Counted from the first letter of the stretch, positions 38,801 through 51,299 are shown. The stretch: 64,000 bases of DNA from Cycas panzhihuaensis (GCA_023213395.1 CM041465.1:71369741-71433740); one strand, 5' to 3'. Made by a program: numbers and translations. The notes: a model not told the origin generated them from the sequence alone.

Positions 38801-41059
38801 TGTCCATACCTTAAATGCCATACTTTATTATCAGATTTAAGAGCGATGTCAATTGTTTCTTCCAAATAAGGAAGTACAGGATTTGACAGAAGTTTGTAAA
38901 GATCATTGCATCTGGCCCCTTTTCCAACAGTTTTCCCATCTTTTTTCATATCCAAGATGTAGCAATTCCCTTCTTCATCGAAAATGGTCCTCAGTCCCTT
39001 TTTGCTCAGTTGGGAGGCGAAAGGAGATTCATCTTCGTGTCCGGTACAAAGAGAACATTTCCAATTTTTCTTTCATTTCCATTGATTCTTGAAATGGTTC
39101 CAATCCCTTTGATGTTAAGGGAGTACTTGTCACCCAGCTCCACCGACTTGTCCATATTATATGGAAGTATGGTTTGAAACCAGTCTTCCCTACTTGTCAT
39201 GTGTTTAGAGGCTCCTGAATCTATGTACCAGATGTCTTTGTCTTTCATTCCCGTAACCAATGCTGTGATGAAGGCAGTCTCCTCTTCTTCTTCTTCTTCT
39301 TCATCTTTTTCTTTGCTATATCCCCTGATAGGTCTTTTTCCTTTGTAAATTTCACTTCGTCTTTGTGGACACTGATAAGGATAGTGTCCACTCTGTCCGT
39401 AGTAGTAGCATATGCCGAAGATCCTGCAATTGCTGGCGAAGTGTCCAGCCTGCCTACAGCCAGCATATTCTATTTTCTCTGCTGCATCCTCGTCCTCTGG
39501 AGTTTGACTAGTGTCCTCGACCTTTGGAATCTGACATCCTGCTTGGTGCACGAAATTGTTGTCTTCCTCTTTGCCTGAGATTCAATCTGGATGCATATGC
39601 ATCTTTTAACTCTGTCGTATTTTTGTATCTTTTGTTTCTCTACTCCTGTCTTAATAGCAGACCTGTCAATTCATCAAGAGTTAATTTATCTAACTTATCA
39701 CTGTCAGTGATAGTGTTAACAATGGTATCAAAAGATTTTGGCAGCCTTGCTGTTACAATTTCTGCAAGGTCTTGTTCAGATATTATGCCTCCAAAGACTC
39801 GAAGATTATTTCTCACAGTGATGATTTTATGCATAAATTCTTCCACTTCTTCGTTTTCTTTCATATGGAGTTTGTACAATTCTTCTTTGAGTGTGATTAT
39901 CCTCACCTTATTCTTTTGACCACATAGGTTTTCCAGATATTTCCAGATTTTAGAAGCCTGGTTCAGTTTCTCAACATAAACAAGTACGGAATCTAAAATA
40001 GACATTTTTAGAGTGAGACTACCCATGTTATTCCTTTGAATCCAGCTCTTCAATTTGTCATCACCACCAGGAGGACGTGTTTCTGTTCCTTCAGCAATCT
40101 CCCAGGCGTCTTTCATCCTCAGAATGGTTTCCATTTTGATTTTCCACACATGGTAATTTGAACCAGTCAATTTTTCAGGTTTAGGCAGAGTAATGAGAGA
40201 GGAAGACATGAATTTTCAGTTAAAAGGACTGATTTAGGGCTAGTCCGTATGGCTGTACGGATTTCCGTACAAACCCTAGGTGTACGGCCTAAAGTAATGT
40301 ATACATCAAAATGTAGGTTTTCAAGTCGCCTACATGGATCTGAAGTCAGTTTTTCGAAACGGCTTTCCAAACGGGAGAAAACGACTCAAAAAGGAAAAAC
40401 GGCGGCTAGGGCAGAAAATCAAATTTTGAAGAAAAAAGCTGGAAAATCTCAAAAATAATCTTCGATTTTGGATGCAAATCAAATGTATTTATAGTATGAA
40501 GAATTTCAGACCAGAAATACCCAGATTTTTGAGAGATTCGATGAGATTTTTTGACTGGTTTCTCCAAAAACGCGTGGACTGGTTAGGGGTTGATTTGGGC
40601 TTGAAAACGGCCTCAGATTGCTTCGCTCCAGAAGAGAGATGTGTTCGGCATCCTTCGATCTACTTCCCCACAAATTTTTATCGCGATCCAACACTGTTGA
40701 AAAATGACAACCGTACAGGTCCGTACGACAGCGTAATAATGACGTTGGTTGACGTAACTCCTTTCAACACTTGATAGAATTGACACACAGAAGAATCCTT
40801 TTAAGAAATATCAGTTTTGAGCAGCCTGCTCTGATACCATGTTGAAAAAATACAGATTGGAAGTAAACAGAGGAAAGAATTGAGATGTATTCTATTGAGA
40901 TTCAATTTGCTTAAGTATACATTAGTTATGTGATGGTTACAACCACTAATGTAACCGATCACTCAGATTCTACCAAGTGGCATGATCTCATAAGAGCATT
41001 TAAAGGTGGGTCTAACATGACCCCCTTTTCTATCCTAGATAAAACATTATTTCTCAACA
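35855..41059 (-). mobile_element. Youngest full-length Copia element in the window (E6)
   Basis: 220-bp LTRs 35855-36074 and 40840-41059 (8 differences); TSD TAGCA at 35850-35854 and 41060-41064; PBS complement GCTCTGATACCA 40828-40839; PPT complement CCCCCTCT at 36075. Confidence 0.98.
36082..40209 (-). pseudogene. Copia gag-pol polyprotein, fragmented by frameshifts and stops as assembled
   Basis: gag (KLTGSNYHVWKIKM), Zn knuckles, protease WYIDSGASKHMT, GAG-pre-integrase WHLRYGHL, IN PYTPQSNGVAERKNRTL, RT CKWVYK...KARLVAKGY, RH NPVLHARTKHIE...QVADLLTKPL. Confidence 0.97.
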
Positions 41060-42049
41060 TAGCAAGGGTATGAATCCTAGCCATAACAACTCCTATTGAT
41101 TGGCCCCTTTACTTAATGCTCATTCATAAAGAAAATTGTAGGTAACATATAAGAGCACTTATGCATACATGTAACATGCAGGTAAATACTGTAATAACTA
41201 TGATTTTCTTTTATCTATTTTTACGTGTAACAAAGTACGATCAAATCTTATTTCTCAATCAATTGAATTATAAAGGGAAAGTTAGGCTACCTTTATATTT
41301 TTCTACTACCTACCATTCACTATGCAACTGACAAAACTAGGTAGTGTAACCATTCATTTTAATCTTTATAGTGTTATGCCCTTAGATATAATGCTAGATG
41401 CCCATCTCAAAGTTTTAGTAAAGAGAAATTTTTCTCTATATCTAATTTTAATCATTCTATTTTTTCAAAGCTTACCATTTAATTTTTCATTTCATATAAT
41501 TTATAAACTTTGGGTTATATACTTTAAGATATTTAGAGAATATTCCTTTCTAAATAATTAACCCCAACCTAAAATTTTATTTCTTAATCATTTTTATTGC
41601 TTTTTAGCCCATTCTTAGTAATTTTAAGCCTATTTTTCAATATGTTTTAAGTAGTATTTCAAAATTTTTTATGGGTCTTTTTGATGGAGCTGGAGGAGCA
41701 GAGAAGGACTTTAGAAAGATTGCATCTTGAGTAAACTAGTGATTTCTGATAGTTGGTAGTGTTAAAACACACCAGGGAGGTATTCCCATCCCTTAAATAG
41801 TGAATTTTGGGGAGACGTCAAGCGCCATCACCCTACCTACATGTCAGCCAATGTAAATTCAAAATATATTAAAAAATTAAAATAAATAAATGAAAGTACA
41901 TACCTTAAGATAGTGGTATCAGCTCTTGGCGACTATTGGGAGGCTCAAGGTGCCCTAGGGGCCCTCAAAGGTGGCTTTGAGGGGCCTTAAGCACACAGGT
42001 CTCTAGATGACATTAGGATTATTCCCAACATTCTCCCCCATAAGCCCAA

Positions 42050-45000
42050 TGTGTACGACTCCCCAATTATCTATGAACTTCTCAAATTTGACCTTTCCCA
42101 AAGTTTTTGTAAAAATATCCGCTGTCTAATTTTCAATGCTATAATAAGTCAACTCTATCTCATCTTCTTGTATAAGTTCCCGAATGAAAAGTGGTGTTGA
42201 GTCTCAATATGTTTTGTTCTACCATGGAATACTAGATTTTTGGCCATTTAAATAATGCTTTGATTGTCATACCAAATCCTAGTGGGACCTTGCTGTCTAA
42301 TTTGAAAATCCTATTAAAGTCTTCTTAACCATATTAATTCACAAGCTCCTGAAACTGCGGCTTTATACTCTGCTTTAGCTGTGGATAAGGAAACAATATT
42401 TTGTTTCTTAGTACTCTAGGCTACAACTGCTGATCCCATACTGGATACATAACCCATGGTAGATTTTCTATCATCAATATCACCAGCCTAATCTGAATCT
42501 GTGTAACCAGTTAACTAAAATTTGGATGTGACTTTATAGTATAACCCAAAATATGGAGTCCCTTTAAGGTATCTAATGATTCTTTTAGCAGCTTGCCAAT
42601 GAGATATCTTTGGATCCTGCATGAATCTGGACACAACACTAATTAAATATATTATATTAGGTCGAGTAGAAGTCAAATATATTAGGCTACCAATGAGTTA
42701 TCTATAGAGAGTGGGATCAACCAAAGTCGATTCATCTGTCTAAGAAAGTTTGATTCTAATTTTTGCTAGTATTGTCAGTGGTTTATAATTTGTCATTTTG
42801 AATCTTTGTAGAAGATCCAATATATATTTGTGTTGAGAAATGAATATTCTTTATTTATCCTGCCAAACTTCCAATCCTAGGAAGTAATGCATAAGGCCTA
42901 AATTTGTCATCTTAAATTCCTTATACATAGCGTCTTTAAACTGATGTAAAAGATGAGAGTCATTTTCGATATAAATTAAATCATCTATATAGAGTCCTAT
43001 AATCAATATCAAATTTCCTTTGATTTGAGTGTATAGATTTGGATCTGCTTAAGATCTTTCAAATCCTTGATCCCTAAAATATTTGTCTATATGGGAATAC
43101 CAAGCCCTGGGTCCTTCTTTTAGACCATATAGTGCCTTTTTTAACTTGTACACTTTGTTTTCTTCCCCCCTGACTTCAAAACCAAGGGGTTGAATGACAT
43201 AGATGTCTTCTTTAATATGACCATTTTAAAAAGCACTTTTTACATCTATTTGATAAAGTTTCTAACCCATTTGGGTGGCTAAACTTATCATCATGCGAAC
43301 AGATTCTATCCTAGTAATGGGGACAAATATTTCTATATAGTCTATGCTTTCTCTTTGGGCATATCCTTTTACTACCAATCAAGCTTTATATTTATCGATG
43401 GAGCCATCTGAGTGAAACTTGGTCGTATAAACCTATTTGGAGCCAATAGCTTTCTTCATTGGTGGTAAATCTACAAGTTCCCAAGTATCATTCTTAATAA
43501 TAGACTTATATTCCTCTTTCATGACTTTCTGCCAACATTCATATTGATTAGCCTCATCAAAGGTTTGAGGCTCATGAACTTCGAGCACCTTACTCATTAG
43601 AGCAAAGTTGACCCTACGTGAGCATGTAGATCTTATATTGTTATCCAATATATTTCCTAAGTCATGGTTATGTTGAACCCATTTGGGTAGATGCTGTGAT
43701 GGAGGTTGAGATGATGTTTCTTCCCTAGTGGGTTCCTAGATATTTCTCCACATAGGAGGCACATATTTGGATTTATTTGGTGTGTCAAATCTAATAGCAA
43801 TGTTCTTCTATTATTCTTGATTATTTTGGTAGTAGTTGTCTTCTTGAAATTTGATGTCTCTACTCACTATAACTTTACTTGATTTCGGATCATAAACGTT
43901 GTAGGATTTTGAAGATTTACTATATCCAATAAAGACACATTTTACACTATGGTCATTCAATTTAGTTCTTCTTTGATCAAGTATATGGGCATATGTTAGA
44001 TATCCAAATACCCTAAGATGATGTATACTTGGTTTATAACTGGTCCATGCTTCTTCTAAAGTTTTCCACCTAAGTGCTTTGGTGGAACATCTATTTAGTA
44101 GGTAGATGACTATATGAGCTGCTTCAGCCCAAAATTGATGACCTAAGGTTTTGTCTTTAAGTATACATCATGCCATTTCTACGATAGTTCTATTTTATCT
44201 TTCTACTACACCATTTTGTTGTGGGGTGTAGGGGTTGGTAAGTTATCTCCTCATCCTATGGCAGATACAATAATCCTTGAAAGCATTAGAGGTAAAGTCT
44301 CCCCCATTATCTGACCTTAGAGAAAGAATATAATGCCTACTTTTTCGCTCAATGAAGGTTTTGAAGTCAACAAAGTGGTCGAAAGTATCATATTTATATT
44401 TTAGAAAGAACACCCATGTCTTTCTTGTAAAGTCATCAATAAATGTGAGAAAATACTTGGCATCTACCAAGGAGGGAGTAGTCATTGGTCCATAAATATC
44501 TGTGTATACCAATTGAAAGGGGGCAGATGCTCAATGGCTAAAATTGGGAGAGCTTTCTCTATGTTATTTACCAAGAAGGCATCCCTCACACAATTTTTTA
44601 TTAACATCAATAGGTGATAAACCATTAACTATATCTAACCTTTTTATAAGGGCTAAACTGTTGTAGTTAAGGTGACCAAAATATCTATGCCATAAATCAT
44701 TGTTTATAGTAGTTAAAGTTCTAAGGGCATAGGTATCTGAAGGGGTGAGGATAAGCTTAAATAAACGATCTTTAGTCATTATACCTCTAGAAACAATAGC
44801 TTTATTTTTTCTTTTGTCTTTGATGACACATTCGCTATTGTAAAAAATTACCTTATAATCTTATCCCATCATCTATCCTACCGATAACAAAATTTTCCTT
44901 AGGGAAGGAATATATAAGACATTATCTAAGTATCTATATTTACCAATATCAGTCAATAAGGTTATGTTACCTTTCCCAACTGATTCGTGAGAAGTATTAT

Positions 45001-46220
45001 CTCCAAATATAATGGACCCTTTTATATTTTTATCTAAGGTTTGAAATAAATATTCTTTATGGGTCATGTGGGTTGACCAACCTGAATCAATATACTAGCT
45101 ATCATCCTCTTCTTCCTTAGCAGAAAAACTAGATAGAAATAACCTATTATTAATTTTTAATTTTGATGAATTTGAAGCATGTCCTCTAGGGGGTGGTCCA
45201 TGTTTTGAAAAATATTTATCTTCAATGTGATCATTTTTATAATAATAAGTACAATATAATTGATCTCTTCTTCCATAATTGAGGCTTTGACTCCTTGGTT
45301 GAGAATGATCAATATTGAAAGATCTCCCCCTTTCCTCATAGAATTGAGGAGGATTATTTCTTGGTTGGTTATCACGATAGTCCTAAGTTGATCTTGAAGG
45401 TTGAGAATTCCCGTGACAATGTGGACAGTAAAGATGATTCTTAACTTGTCTCATTTGGTTAGGATTTCTTAGAGCATTGGGATTTCTAAGAGGGTTTTCA
45501 TGTTGTTGGGGTCCTCCTTGTCTCTTTTGGTGAGGGGCTTGATATCGTGGAGGATCTTGTCTATTTTTGTTTCTAGGATTTCTACTTTTTCTCCTTGGAG
45601 GAGATTCCTTTTATTTTGAGCTTCCTTCTTGGGAGTTAGGTTGAATGTGAGCCTTTGTAGCAAAGTCATGTTCTAAAGTTTCATTTATATTTTGTTACTC
45701 TTCTATAGACATGAGCATAACATTAAGTTGTTCTAGTTTTAGGGTACTTAGATCTTTTGATACACTAATGCTAGTAGCTACCATTTCAAAATGTCTTACA
45801 GCTCCTACATATCTAAGGATCCTTTTAACTACCCTTTATTCGATTAGGGTATTCCCAAGAGACATCATTTAGTTAACAATATCTTAGACTTTGGTCATGA
45901 GTTCAGTTACTGATTTGTGAGGCACCATACATAAATTTTTGAAATTACTTCTCAAGTTTTATAATTTAGAGGAGGTAGCTCCTTCATATATAAGTTGTAA
46001 AGTATCCCAATCTTCTTTGGATTTAATGAATTTACTAACTCATAGAAATGCATGATCTTCTAATTCACAAAAGATAAGGGCTAATGCTTCATTATATTTT
46101 TTGACATTTTCTTTGTATGTAACTTTTTTTGCATTGGTTGGATTTGGTCCCAATTCGTTGTAACTGGTTTTCACAATATCCCACATGTCATTTGCTATAA
46201 GGATGGGCCTCATCCTCCAA
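42050..46220 (-). pseudogene. Copia gag-pol pseudogene of E7 (gag N-terminus truncated)
   Basis: MRPILIANDMWDIV (gag), YIDSG..THMT (PR), LWHRYFGHLN, YFLTFIDDFTRKTW...LRSDNGGDF (IN), EPQTFDEA...TWELVDLP (RT), FHGRTKHIE and ADIFTKTL (RH). Confidence 0.95.
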
Positions 46221-46248
46221 ATGATGGAAAATAATATAGCCCTAAGTA

Positions 46249-46302
46249 GCTCTGATACCAAATGTAGGAAAAATAATACAAGCCCAAATAGCTCTGATAC
46301 CA
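46249..46302 (-). promoter_or_regulatory. Two tandem tRNA-iMet primer-binding sites
   Basis: GCTCTGATACCA at 46249-46260 and 46291-46302, each followed by AATG(T/A)AGGAAAA. Confidence 0.9.
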
Positions 46303-46304
46303 AA

Positions 46305-46722
46305 TGAAGGAAAAAATATGCAAGGAGAATAGGGCAAAACATATACAAAAATCACATAGATCAATATTGCATCATAGCATTATAACTTCAATATGAAAGT
46401 ACTTTGTATTCAATCCATATTGTAGTGAAGAGAGTTACAAATTTCTTAATAAGGGTGGTGTTTAAAGACACTAGGGTTGAACACCCCTCAATATTTATAA
46501 TTTGGTGGAGGAGGGTAACTCCTCAACCCCTGAAATTTAAATTAATAATAAAATAATACTATCTTAACTTAAATGAAGCTAACTCAAATTAACTTAAATT
46601 AAATCAAATCTTACCTTAACTTACTTACACATGTTGATCACCCACATGTGTAAAATAAGGTTGATGAGGTGTACAATCCTGTTTAGAAGGTGGGAGTGGA
46701 GTGATGTCGATTAACTCTAACA
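46305..46722 (-). repeat. Internal LTR-B, unrelated to the terminal LTRs of E7
   Basis: TG...AACA termini; PBS on the left; PPT complement TTCTCCCTCT (46723-46732) on the right, with a junction hairpin (GTGAT....ATTAA / TTAAT....ATCAC). Confidence 0.8.
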
Positions 46723-46732
46723 TTCTCCCTCT

Positions 46733-47420
46733 TAATAGTTATCACGAATACTTGTATCTTCTCTTTGAACTTATGAAATTTGTATTTAAAAAAAACATTA
46801 AAATTTTGATCTTTATCAACTCTTCTTATCTTTTTAGCCACATATGTCTCTTTACCATGGAATGATATAAAGAAATTATAAATAAATAATTCTTGATTTA
46901 TACAAAAAAAAAAAACCGCAACTTTGACTTTAACTTTTGAAAATTTAACTTTGACTATCATATCATTAGGTCTCTTTTCTATCATATTATAAGATTCATT
47001 CTCCATCATGTCATAAGATTCATTCTCGCATTCAAATAGAGGATCAGGTACTTATGTAACAAGTTGGTCCTATATTTGATCTGAATCTTCATGGATGTTG
47101 TCATTATGATTCACATGTTCTATCACCTGTCTCACATGCTCATTAAAAATATCATCAAATCCATAGGGGTATCTCCCCCATAAGTGGAAATTAATATATA
47201 CCAAACAGATTTTGAAGTTGTTAATTCACAAACCTTTGAAAAAACATCATCATTCATAGTACAAAATAATAGTCCTAAAACTTCATTATCCTTTCTAAAA
47301 TCTTCTTTAATACTGAAATCACATTCACATTACAAATATTTCAGAAGATCATGTTCAATAACATAGTCTTGTATGGTCTTGTGCCATAGTGAAAAATTTT
47401 ATCCATCGAATATAGGAAAT
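46733..47420 (-). pseudogene. Relic Copia gag N-terminus, followed closely by a possible pol C-terminal remnant
   Basis: FPIFDG*NFSLWHKTIQDYVIEHDLLKYL at about 47415-47330; KFHKFKEKIQVF just before the PPT resembles a Copia RNase H tail. Confidence 0.55.
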
Positions 47421-49161
47421 TATGTAATTTTATCAAAATACTTTAGTACATAAAAGTATGTGCTTTAATTAAGTCAAAAAATACTCAATACATAAATAAT
47501 GTCTTATATGATGTCAAATATCCTCTTCAAAAGAAATATAATGCCCACTGAAAATAAAAAAATACCTTGGAAAGTGAATGGAAAGTGAATGATCTTTTTA
47601 AATAAGGATGAAATAAAAAAAGGCCTTTCAATAAGTGTATGCCCTTGGAATAATCTTTGATATGTTTTTCAGATATAATTTGAAATAAAATGAATATAAA
47701 AGCAAGTTTGAATGTAATAAAGATCCTTTAAGTAATATAAATCTGAAATGTAACTTTGATGATAAAAAGAATAATCCTTAACCTTTTAATTCTTCAAATG
47801 AATAAATGTAAATTCTCAATGCAATAAATCCTTATCCTTAATGATAATATATAATGCTGAAAAAAACTGAAATATATATATATTTTACTTTGAAAGATAA
47901 AGAGTATGAAGAAATGTTTTAAAAGAAGGTTTAGAGGACAATCTTAAGTTTGGCTACTTTAAAAATATACTAAACAATGTCAGAAGAATATGAAACTTTA
48001 GCAATATAAAGATTAATAAAATATATATCCAATGGAATTGACTGTTTTGAAAACGGGTTCCTACAAGTCAAATTTTGATAAAGCAAAGATACAAGCCTTG
48101 TTTTGAGGCTTAAAGAGAGTAGGGAGCTCAAAAAAGTATAAAATTGCTAATAAAACCTTATAAAATGCTAAAAAATGATTAAATATTATTTAGAAGACTG
48201 CTCAATATACTTTTAGCTGAAAAATTTTGAGAAATATATATATATATATGTAAAAATGGCAGATTTAAGGTAATTAGGTACCTCTACTTTGATACTTTTA
48301 AAAATTAGTAAAAATACATTAAAACATATAAAAAACTATGTCAGATCGAAGGGGAATGAGTCAGCTTCCCAACAAAACTAGATTCTGATGCCAAACAGAA
48401 AAGTTATAGTAAAAGTAGTAACTAGTACTTTATAGGAAAATGTTTAAAAAATGCTAAAAACTACTAAAGTGCCACGTTCAACAATTAAAATAACAATCAA
48501 AATGAATTCTGAAAATTAAAATAAATAGTTGGTAATAAAGTTTGTTGAATGTAGATCACTGTGGAATAAATCTGGGTACAAAATAGTTTCCCAATAATAA
48601 AATATAATCAGTTCAAAAAGTGATTTTGTAAAAAGTTTAAAAAAGGCTAAAAAAAGGACTGATTGACTTTAAATCAACTAAAACAGGATTAAATCAGCAT
48701 CAAATTGGTCATATGACCAGTTAAAATGAATCTATAGAAAATTTCTAATGCAATGAAATTAGTTTCGTCAGAAACCGATAACGCAGTGAGGAGTTATGGT
48801 AAAAATTTATCAATAACCTTATGTGAGATAAAAAATAAAAAAAAGAAAAAAGAAAAAAGTTTATAAAAGGTTTGTTAGCCCATTTAATGATAAATTACAG
48901 TCATATAAAGGTAACAGGGGACCGGGGGCTGAGAGTGAAAGGGGCTTAATCCCTTTAAACCCTGGATTTAAAGAAATTATACAATAAAATTTGATTTTTT
49001 AAAACTTTATATTAAAAGATATATAAAAAAATATTTGAAATTGAAAACGGCCGCTGCTGCCAAAATTACGAAGACCTACATATAGCAAAACTATTGCAAA
49101 AGATGTATGTCAAGACCTGATGAGCTCGGAGTGGCTTTTATCAGTAGTATACTAGTAGCTT

Positions 49162-49392
49162 TCACCTAATGGAAGCTTGAATTCTTTTAACTATGAGCCT
49201 TTGCCGACTTTCAGGGATGTCCCAAGCTCTGATAAACATAATTTGCTTCTTAAGAAGTTGAATCTTTGCTGTGTCATATTTAACTTCACTGACCCTACCA
49301 AAAATACAAGAGAGAAGGATATTAAATGGCAAACGCTGTTCGATCTTGTAGATCATATCACCTCAGGTAGTGGTAAGTTCACTAAAGTAGTA
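49162..49392 (+). pseudogene. Captured fragment of PP2A B'/B56 regulatory subunit (antisense to the element)
   Basis: YEPLPTFRDVPSSDKHNLLLKKLNLCCVIFNFTDPTKNTREKDIKWQTLFDLVDHITSGSGKFT matches the plant B56 N-terminus (YEALPSFRDVP...KLNLCCVVFDFTDPTKN.KEKDIKRQTLLELVD...GKF, from recall); homology stops abruptly. Confidence 0.93.
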
Positions 49393-49821
49393 AGGGAGGG
49401 GGAGCATCAGTGCCAAGCTATGATGAGGATGACTCTTCTGGGAAACCCAGACAGTCAGTGTTCACGAGGCTCCCTAGTTTTGGCTTTAAGAGAGTAGGCT
49501 TGATAGGCCTCAAAAAGTATTCTGCTATTATCTTAAGAAAGTCATTGAAGGGACTTGGGGAAACTATTGCTGGAGCTACCAAAATTGCTCAATCCACTAT
49601 TGTAGCTATAACTCTGGCTTCTACCTAAGATTTTTCTAGTGTTTTGAAACTCAATAGTGCACCCACAATAGTGGCAGGGGTGATTTGGGGTATTCATAAG
49701 GATATTCGATTCAAATCAGAGGCAAAGAATCCTTTCCTCAAGAGCTTAGATTTTATTGGATTTGGTAGTGGTTCTTAGAATTTTCTTCTATTCTATAGTG
49801 ATTCTAAATCTTTCTACTATT

Positions 49822-49881
49822 GTAAAGGAGCTTGTGAAAAACAACCTTAAGCATCTGGATGTAGAATATATTGATCTCTAT
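49822..49881 (+). pseudogene. Captured short fragment of an aldo-keto reductase
   Basis: (GACE, frameshift) NNLKHLDVEYIDLY resembles the AKR signature ACE.SLKRL.V.YIDLY. Confidence 0.65.
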
Positions 49882-51299
49882 TCCAGTTGTGACCATAGAA
49901 TTGTTCTCCACAACATATGTACAGAAATGGCAATTTTATGTTCATAAATGGAAGTTTTGTGTACAAGTACAACAATGATATACATCACAATTAGATTATG
50001 ATAGCTTTTGAAGATTGACACCTTTTTCTATGTATGCTATCTTATATTATAATATATTTATATTTGTGTATCAACTTTACAAGATGTAGATATTTCAAGA
50101 AACAAAGAGAAAATGTCATTCACATGTTGTTTTTTTTTTTAAATATTAGAGGTGTACACATGTATATTGAGAATGTTTCAGTTTCCAATGAAGAAGATGG
50201 TTGTTTTTATGCTTGCAACCTTACAACAGGTTACAAAAGAGATCTAGCTCATCAGATCTCACCACCACAAAGATGCTCATCGGTTGTGCTAAATACTATA
50301 GGAGCCTTAGCAGATGAAGACTCTGATACCGTTTTACTTTTTGATGCTCCTTCAAATCTTTCCCCCCCTTTTCTTTTCTCCTATAGATCTCAAGTTTTTG
50401 GTGCATTTGGGGTTAAATTTTGTGAAGATTTTGGCCCCGAATGTCTTAAATCTCAGGCCCTTTGGCTTTGAAACTATTATTTTTGGGTGATTCAATAATA
50501 TGGTTTGTAACTGTTTGAGAATATAGCCTTTACAAGCTGATGTGGCACATATGACAATTATGGAAAAGAAGCCGTGTTAAAGGAAGTATTTTGTATCAAA
50601 AAATGATAGGTTTTTGAGAATGTGCCTGCTATGGTAGGCACTTCATTTTGTTGGCTCTGAAACTCTAGTTTGTATCTCAGTTTGCAAGGAATTTCACGTC
50701 TCTTATATATCTATATTCTGATGTATTATTTACTGTTTTCACCAGATATGAGTTTCCCTTTGAAGTTATTATTATATTTTGACACTCTTTTGGGATTTGT
50801 TCTCTTGATTCACTTGGTATTGTAATGTAAGGAGGAAGTTTTGAAAGGCTTGCAATTTGACTTGAACTTATTGCAAGAGTTTGCATCTAAAGTAAATGAT
50901 AGAAAAGATGAAGTCCAAGATTTCAGTATGTAGATTCTTAAATTATATTCAAGAGATTTCTGTAATAATATACATGGCTGAATGAAAAAAAGAACTTTGA
51001 GCTTTTGTTGAGCCTACAACTTATGCAAAAAAAATGTAAATAATATTGGTGGAACTTCAGACCACCTTGAAAAATAAATGTAAATAATATTCTTGCTATT
51101 GAAGAAGTTAATATTTTAAGAATGGCTCAGTTATTCATTTGATTAAACCAGAGATTCAAGCTTCAAATTCTACAAAGTTTTAAGTTCTGGGATAGCAGAT
51201 CTAAATATTTTGGTGAAAATATATTAAAAAAAATGTCTATAAATTTATATTTAAAAAACTTTCAAATGTACTAAAGCAGGCATATAAAAGAACCAAGAA

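Noticed and set aside
36374-40774. Plus-strand ORFs (36374, 38451, 38853, 39363, 39524, 40249, 40472)
   Set aside because: Antisense shadows of Copia gag-pol or its leader; no independent motifs.
49177-49497. Functional PP2A B' gene
   Set aside because: Only about 77 codons are homologous, there is no true start or downstream exon, and it lies inside a TSD-bounded retroelement.
50321-50331. PBS-like CTCTGATACCG
   Set aside because: No adjacent LTR terminus; probably a chance match within cargo.
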